Notes under the pieces: generated by a model
What the model saw: only the letters and a program-made list of their open reading frames with translations
Told to the model about the DNA's origin: nothing
Database searches by the model: none
Assembly (NCBI GenBank): GCA_041695045.1
Contig: JBGFRR010000074.1
Coordinates: 42,776-106,775 of the forward strand
Length of the DNA: 64,000 nucleotides
Source: Bacteroidota bacterium
GTDB lineage: Bacteria > Bacteroidota > Ignavibacteria > UBA10030
Reading direction: 5' to 3'
In this document: piece after piece, positions 59,072 to 64,000 of the stretch
How positions within the stretch are numbered: the stretch's first letter is position 1
Layout: every line of letters begins with the position of its first letter
Position numbers and translations under genes: made by a program

Positions 59072-59506
59072 TTGGAAATGAGTGAACGTCGGGATAGCGA
59101 TAAGCACCTTGACCTCGTGGCCGAGCTGCTCGAAGTGCTTCTCGCAGAAGGCTTTACCATTATCGAGGCCGAGGGGAAATGGGGCTATCCGGTAACGCTT
59201 CCGTTACACAATGATGGGTATGGCGACCAAGAGGATAAGCGGCCGGATATTTATGCATACGATGGGAAGAAAAAACGATACGTTATCGGCGAGGCAAAGA
59301 CCGGCGATGGCGATTTAGAGACAGAGCACGCGTTGACACAATACAATGTCTTTCTCGATCAGGTCGACCGGCAAACGGGTAATAGGGCCGCGCTGTACGT
59401 GATTGTGCCGGCCGCGAAAGTGCCTGAGTTTAGTGCACTCATCACGCACTATATTCATCGCGACTACTGGCAGCACATCACGCTGGTAAGTTCAAAACGA
59501 TGGTAG
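59072..59506 (+). CDS. Small PD-(D/E)xK nuclease-fold protein (Hjc/Mrr-cat/VRR-NUC-like)
   Basis: LVAELLEVLLAEGFTII...KRPDIYAYDGKKKRYVIGEAKTGDG...Q fits the helix-GF...PD...(E)xK pattern of Hjc-type resolvases and restriction-endonuclease-like nucleases. Confidence 0.45.
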   Translation: MEMSERRDSDKHLDLVAELLEVLLAEGFTIIEAEGKWGYPVTLPLHNDGYGDQEDKRPDIYAYDGKKKRYVIGEAKTGDGDLETEHALTQYNVFLDQVDRQTGNRAALYVIVPAAKVPEFSALITHYIHRDYWQHITLVSSKRW

Positions 59507-59598
59507 GATAGTAGCGGCAGCGAAGATTGAGCGAGCTCAACAAGAAAATCAGGAGGCTGTACACAATGGAGGGCAGCGCTTCATGATGAAGCCTCTTG

Positions 59599-61818
59599 CT
59601 ACGCGGGCCTGAGCTTGGCAAACTTGAGGACGAGATTTTTCACTCCGTACTCATCGAAGTGCACCACGGCCTTCATCATGTCACCCTTACCGCTCACCTG
59701 CACAACACGGCCAAGACCGAACACCTCATGGCAGACGCGCAGCCCGGTTCGGATTTCAACACGTTCCTGTGATTCCCCCTCATAGTCCGGTATTGGGTCG
59801 GAATGAAACTCCTCCCTCACCGGATGCTGCTCTACGCCCTTGTAAGAACGTTGGGGAGAGCGGACGCTTCCATTTAATGCGCGTCGCCCGTTGCGAACTC
59901 TATAGTGCATCAGTCCGTCCCTGCCTATCTCACTGAAGAAACGGGACGGCATTGGCAGCCCCGGCTCGCCAAATCGATACCGCAACTTTGCGTACGTCAG
60001 AACAAGTTTCGTCTGCGCCCGCGTCATTCCGACATACAGCAAGCGTCGCTCTTCCTCGACATCAGCAGCGCCATTGGCCCCTGATGTGAGCGGAAGCAAG
60101 CCTTCCTCCAGCCCAGCGATAAACACGACGGGGAACTCCAGTCCCTTCGAGGAATGCAGCGTCATCAGGGTGACTGTATTCCGCGCATCTTCCCACGCAT
60201 CAATATCCGAGACAAGCGCGACTTCCTCGAGGAACGACTCGAGCGAAGCATCCTGACGGTCATGACTGAACTCCGTGATTGCCGAAAGGAGCTCATGAAT
60301 ATTCTCCCACCGCGCGAGCGACTCAGCCGTCGCCTCCTCCTTGTACATCCTCAGAATGCCAAGTTCGTCGACGAATGACCGAGCAAGTTCGCTGAAGGAC
60401 ATCTCCGCGCGGAGTGAAGCGTACTTCGCCAGAAACCGAGAGAACTGCACAATGTTCCGTTTCATTCTGTCGGAGAGACCGTCGATCGTATCGACGTGTT
60501 TGAGAGCGTCGTAGAGTGAAAGTCCCCGCTGAGCCGCAAACTGACGGAGTCGCTCAATCGTCGTGTCTCCAATGCCCCGTGCAGGATAGTTGATAATCCG
60601 CAGGAGACTCTCCTCGTCATTGGGATTCGCCAACACTCGTAAGTATGCGAGAACATCCTTGATCTCTTTCCGTTCGTAAAATCGTATGCCGCCAACGATC
60701 GCGTACGGGACTCCCGATCGTCGCAGTGCATCCTCGATTGCTCTCGATTGCGCGTTCGTACGATACAGCACGGCAAAATCCTTCAGGTCCAACTTCCGTC
60801 GAAGACTCTCCTCCTGTATCGTCTGTACGATCCTGTATCCCTCGTCCTTGTCGTCTGCACACTCGATCAGAACAACAGGCTCACCGTTCGGATTGTCCGT
60901 CCACAGCTTCTTGTGAAGTTGGTTGCGATTGAACGTCATGAGCCTGTCAGCAGACGAGAGGATGTTCTTGGTGGAACGATAATTTTGCTCAAGCCGGAAG
61001 GTCTGGCAGTCTGTGTAATCGCTGGCATAGTCGAGGATGTTCCGGATATCCGCTCCACGGAAGGAATAGATGCTCTGCGCATCGTCTCCAACGACGCAGA
61101 TGTTGCGGAATCGCTCGCCGATCATTCGGACGACCTCATACTGCGCCCGGTTCGTGTCCTGAAACTCATCGACGAGGATAAACCGGAACCGCTGCTGGTA
61201 CTTTTCCAGCACGGCGGGGAAGCGTCGGAACAACTCGATGGGCTTCACCAACAGATCATCGAAGTCCATCGCATTGCTTCGCTCCAACGTGCGCTGATAG
61301 GCCTTATAGACCTCCGCAACCTTGTCATCGAAAAGATCCTTGGCGATCTTCTCGTATTGTTCCGGCAGCACGAGCCGGTTTTTCGCGCCGCTGATGCGGG
61401 AACGAACCATCTGGGGATAGAACTGCTGGCTCGAAATGTTCAGGTCTGTCATGCATTTCTTGACGACCCCAAGCGAATCGTCGCTATCGTAGATCGTGAA
61501 CGACCGCGTATAGCCCAACAGTGTGCATTCTTTCCTCAGCAAACGGGCGAAGAGGGAATGAAACGTTCCCATCCACAACTCCGACGCCTTCTCACCTACC
61601 AAACAGAGGATGCGCTTCTTCATCTCGTTTGCCGCTTTGTTGGTAAACGTGAGCGCGAGGATTTGGTACGGAGGAACGCCAGAAGCAATCAAATGAGCGA
61701 TGCGATAGGTGAGGACGCGCGTTTTGCCGCTCCCTGCACCGGCAATGATTATCACCGGTCCGTTGAGGGCACGCGCCGCCGCTTGTTGTGCAGGATTAAG
61801 ATCGTTGAGGAACGACAT
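59599..61818 (-). CDS. uvrD: ATP-dependent DNA helicase UvrD/PcrA
   Basis: 739 aa. N-terminus LNPAQQAAARALNGPVIIIAGAGSGKTRVLTYRIAHLI. SF1 helicase motifs I-VI and a PcrA-like C-terminal domain. Confidence 0.93.
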   Translation of the reverse strand: MSFLNDLNPAQQAAARALNGPVIIIAGAGSGKTRVLTYRIAHLIASGVPPYQILALTFTNKAANEMKKRILCLVGEKASELWMGTFHSLFARLLRKECTLLGYTRSFTIYDSDDSLGVVKKCMTDLNISSQQFYPQMVRSRISGAKNRLVLPEQYEKIAKDLFDDKVAEVYKAYQRTLERSNAMDFDDLLVKPIELFRRFPAVLEKYQQRFRFILVDEFQDTNRAQYEVVRMIGERFRNICVVGDDAQSIYSFRGADIRNILDYASDYTDCQTFRLEQNYRSTKNILSSADRLMTFNRNQLHKKLWTDNPNGEPVVLIECADDKDEGYRIVQTIQEESLRRKLDLKDFAVLYRTNAQSRAIEDALRRSGVPYAIVGGIRFYERKEIKDVLAYLRVLANPNDEESLLRIINYPARGIGDTTIERLRQFAAQRGLSLYDALKHVDTIDGLSDRMKRNIVQFSRFLAKYASLRAEMSFSELARSFVDELGILRMYKEEATAESLARWENIHELLSAITEFSHDRQDASLESFLEEVALVSDIDAWEDARNTVTLMTLHSSKGLEFPVVFIAGLEEGLLPLTSGANGAADVEEERRLLYVGMTRAQTKLVLTYAKLRYRFGEPGLPMPSRFFSEIGRDGLMHYRVRNGRRALNGSVRSPQRSYKGVEQHPVREEFHSDPIPDYEGESQERVEIRTGLRVCHEVFGLGRVVQVSGKGDMMKAVVHFDEYGVKNLVLKFAKLRPA

Positions 61819-61903
61819 GTTTTTGACGTGTCTAAGAAAGTTGGACGGCCAACTGTAACGGGAACAAAGCAGAGAAATGGCAACTCAAGCGGTAGAAAAA
61901 AAC

Positions 61904-62884
61904 CTACAAATTTACAATCCACTTACATACGGACGTCAGCTGATCATCATTTGTAAGGTTAGCGGCATTGTTGAGAGCACCTGACCGCAGTTGTCTATAG
62001 ATTTCCTCAGCCATGCTGTTCTCGATTGCCGCGCCGATAAAAAATGTTTGCGGTCTCTTCTTTTTCTTGCTAAAGCTTCTTCTAATCCGCTCTAAAGCAG
62101 AATTGGCAGTTTTCCAATGTTCATCCGCGCCTGCTGGATCAATCCCACCTTTTAGTTCTCCAAGGGCTACATAAGCTTCCATTCTATGAATAAGAGATTT
62201 TTTTCCTCTGCGTAACTTATCGATTGTGCCATCGATAACCGAAAGATCAACATTCTTCTTGACGACAGGCACAACGATATTCATGATCAAAAGGCGATTG
62301 ACTCCTTTCCTGGACCAAAAGAAACCTTTAATTCTCTTTTCAATTCCAGTATCGTCTGCCGGTTTAGGGAGCCAAGCACCACTATCTTCATCTTTCCATT
62401 GATAGTCGATGCCCGAAAGATTGAAAACGGAGAGCAATGAACGAAGAAATTTCCTTTCACCAAGAAGACCGGCCAGATTCCGAGCCTTGCCTCCTAACGC
62501 GTCTCCTTTCGTTAAAAGGTACCTATAGACAAGCTCGTCGACAAAACTGTCCCCAGCCGGCTCGAGAAACTTTTCAATCAATCCCTCTATCGCCAAGATT
62601 TGATCATCTTCGGTAAGATGATTCAGAGATTTTTCAGAAAGGCCGGAGGCAGTAAGTAAACCAACTCTAAGTTCTTCAACCTTAAGAAGATCTCTTGGTT
62701 TCGAAACTCTGCTTGCGAGAGACCTTAAGGCTTTTGCCTCTTCGACATATGGAACAGCCAAATAGTTCTTTTCCAAAGCAAGAGAAATAAAACCGGCTCT
62801 CGTCTTTTCACGGGAAGTAACTAAATCATCTGCTGACTTAATGTGGACAAAAGACCTTATTCTCGTTGCCATAGATATACGCAT
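61904..62884 (-). CDS. Putative Type II restriction endonuclease (unclassified; partner of overlapping methyltransferase)
   Basis: 326-aa ORF with no recognisable housekeeping family. It overlaps the upstream SPPY methyltransferase gene by 28 bp on the same strand, in AT-rich DNA atypical for this genome. Confidence 0.4.
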   Translation of the reverse strand: MRISMATRIRSFVHIKSADDLVTSREKTRAGFISLALEKNYLAVPYVEEAKALRSLASRVSKPRDLLKVEELRVGLLTASGLSEKSLNHLTEDDQILAIEGLIEKFLEPAGDSFVDELVYRYLLTKGDALGGKARNLAGLLGERKFLRSLLSVFNLSGIDYQWKDEDSGAWLPKPADDTGIEKRIKGFFWSRKGVNRLLIMNIVVPVVKKNVDLSVIDGTIDKLRRGKKSLIHRMEAYVALGELKGGIDPAGADEHWKTANSALERIRRSFSKKKKRPQTFFIGAAIENSMAEEIYRQLRSGALNNAANLTNDDQLTSVCKWIVNL

Positions 62885-64000
62885 TTCCGAATTTCAGCCC
62901 GTCCAAAATTTCCCATTTGCTGACTGCTATTACCTTTGCCTCTTGGTAAGACAAAGATGTTCTTTGTTTTGAATCCAAAACTCTCAGCAAACTCAGAGAG
63001 GATAAGATCAACCGGAATTTCCTCACCTCCATATCGAACATTGTCGTTCACCATAACACACTTTCCACCACCCTTCGTTACCCTAGCCATTTCTGAAATT
63101 ACAAAGCACATCTCCAAGAAATAATTTCGAACCATTCTGGGGATATTGCTGTTGTTGAGTTTTTCGAGTTTGTTGAGCTCGTTGAGAACAAAGTTCACCT
63201 CACTCATAGCCGTTGAAGAATTGTAAACACGGAGCACTGTTTCAAAGGATTCTTCCTTGCCAATGGAAGAGTACAGATTTCTGAGTTGGTCGAGTTTCTC
63301 TTTATTCTCCACTGTGCAAGAGAGAAGTTCCTGGCGTAAATCCCTCACTCTCTCAGCGTTACATCCGAGGAATACTAGCTCCAGTGCATAGGTCCTTGTA
63401 TAATCATAACGATTGCAGTATGGTGGTGATGTTACGATGAAATCAAAATAAGCATCATCCAGAGTTGGAAGCTTTTCTAGACACGACCCTTCAATGATCC
63501 TCATAGAACGTTTATTATGGCCGTTGTTATTCGAAGCGTCAAAAAGAGAACCGGTTGAAATGGTAAGGTCGGAAAGAATCTGCGAAAGCTTCTGCTTTAA
63601 TGCCTGCTCAAAAGAAGGTATTTTGCCCTTATTGAATGGCTTACCACTTAAATCCCTTCCAGATCGATAATCCCACCGAAGGTATTGTCCATCCTTCCTT
63701 GTATAACTAATCTCTTCAAGAATGGAAAATGCAGCAAACCGAAAAACAGTTTGAATTTCTTTATTGCCGATGTTTTCGCAATAGGCTAAAAATCGATTCA
63801 GAGCAACTTCGGTCTCTTTTGGAAAAGCGTCTTTGGTTATCGGAATATGGTTGAAATAGGTAGTTGAAGTTTTGATGCCGTTAAACTGAGACCAGAACTT
63901 CTGAATATTCTTTTCAAGGTCTTTTGCATTAATTTTAGATAGTGCCTCGCGGGTTTGAATGACGAAAATACCAACGGGCAATAGCTCAATACCGTGGGAC
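62857..64000 (-). CDS. DNA methyltransferase (N4-cytosine or N6-adenine; motif IV SPPY), N-terminus beyond window end
   Basis: DFIVTSPPYCNRYDYTRTYALE is catalytic motif IV, (D/N/S)PP(Y/F). A long C-terminal region after it is consistent with a target-recognition domain. The gene continues past 64000. AT-rich composition. Confidence 0.8.
   Translation of the reverse strand, partial: SHGIELLPVGIFVIQTREALSKINAKDLEKNIQKFWSQFNGIKTSTTYFNHIPITKDAFPKETEVALNRFLAYCENIGNKEIQTVFRFAAFSILEEISYTRKDGQYLRWDYRSGRDLSGKPFNKGKIPSFEQALKQKLSQILSDLTISTGSLFDASNNNGHNKRSMRIIEGSCLEKLPTLDDAYFDFIVTSPPYCNRYDYTRTYALELVFLGCNAERVRDLRQELLSCTVENKEKLDQLRNLYSSIGKEESFETVLRVYNSSTAMSEVNFVLNELNKLEKLNNSNIPRMVRNYFLEMCFVISEMARVTKGGGKCVMVNDNVRYGGEEIPVDLILSEFAESFGFKTKNIFVLPRGKGNSSQQMGNFGRAEIRKCVYLWQRE

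Noticed and set aside
59599-61818. UvrD-like helicase as a defence-system helicase (Gabija GajB-type)
   Set aside because: Full-length canonical PcrA/UvrD with a housekeeping N-terminus and C-terminal domain. No partner ATPase or OLD nuclease adjacent.

Overview
The window holds a 64 kb chromosomal segment at roughly 57-58% GC, almost entirely housekeeping genes, most of them on the minus strand. An orphan type IX secretion system (T9SS) C-terminal sorting domain, a bshA gene and visible Shine-Dalgarno sites suggest a Bacteroidota/Chlorobi-group (FCB) bacterium; this is inference.

Core genes recognised (gene order, all from protein motifs): aspS (partial), trxA, dnaE, an aldehyde dehydrogenase, proS, msrA, proline dehydrogenase, cspA, glgB, nadD. 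Then a small polysaccharide cluster (GT9 heptosyltransferase-like, Wzx flippase, GT4). Then trpD, a CorC-like CBS protein, trpC, trpF, trpB, truA, an MtaB/RimO-like methylthiotransferase, rpsA, ispH, cmk, mtgA, ruvX, HU, relA/spoT, upp, a Cdr/Nox-type oxidoreductase, der, miaA, pcm, a GT2, folP, an M28 peptidase and sodA. The suf cluster is complete: iscR-like regulator, a small protein with a Pro/Ala/Lys-rich tail, sufB, sufC, sufD, sufS, sufU, sufA, sufT. The window ends with bshA and a uvrD/pcrA helicase. Two tRNAs are present, Arg-CCT and Pro-CGG.

Accessory or unusual content:
- A BrnT/BrnA toxin-antitoxin pair lies next to an orphan T9SS sorting-domain fragment, between dnaE and the aldehyde dehydrogenase.
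- Several genes are decaying: a lipoprotein gene needing two frameshifts, a GT-C membrane protein interrupted by an in-frame TAG, an M48/BepA-like lipoprotein with its HEXXH core cleanly deleted, and an ABC-2 transporter operon reduced to fragments.
- Two large intergenic regions near the tRNAs (about 13.95-14.35 kb and 43.5-43.9 kb) share a family of hairpin-rich motifs, including an identical 20-nt palindrome CCTGCCTGCCGGCAGGCAGG.
- A duplicated ~90-bp element with GTTAAC-N12-GTTAAC cores and compensatory stem changes sits between tRNA-Arg and a signal-peptide flavodoxin gene.
- A nested-hairpin and tandem-repeat element sits upstream of the AlbA_2 regulator gene.
- A small Hjc-like PD-(D/E)xK nuclease gene precedes uvrD.
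- An AT-rich, apparently horizontally acquired Type II restriction-modification (R-M) pair, an SPPY-motif DNA methyltransferase overlapping a 326-aa unclassified partner by 28 bp, runs off the window end.

No CRISPR array, cas gene, integrase or transposase was seen. The repeat family and the duplicated structured element are the most likely genuinely undescribed items. Their function cannot be settled from the sequence alone.
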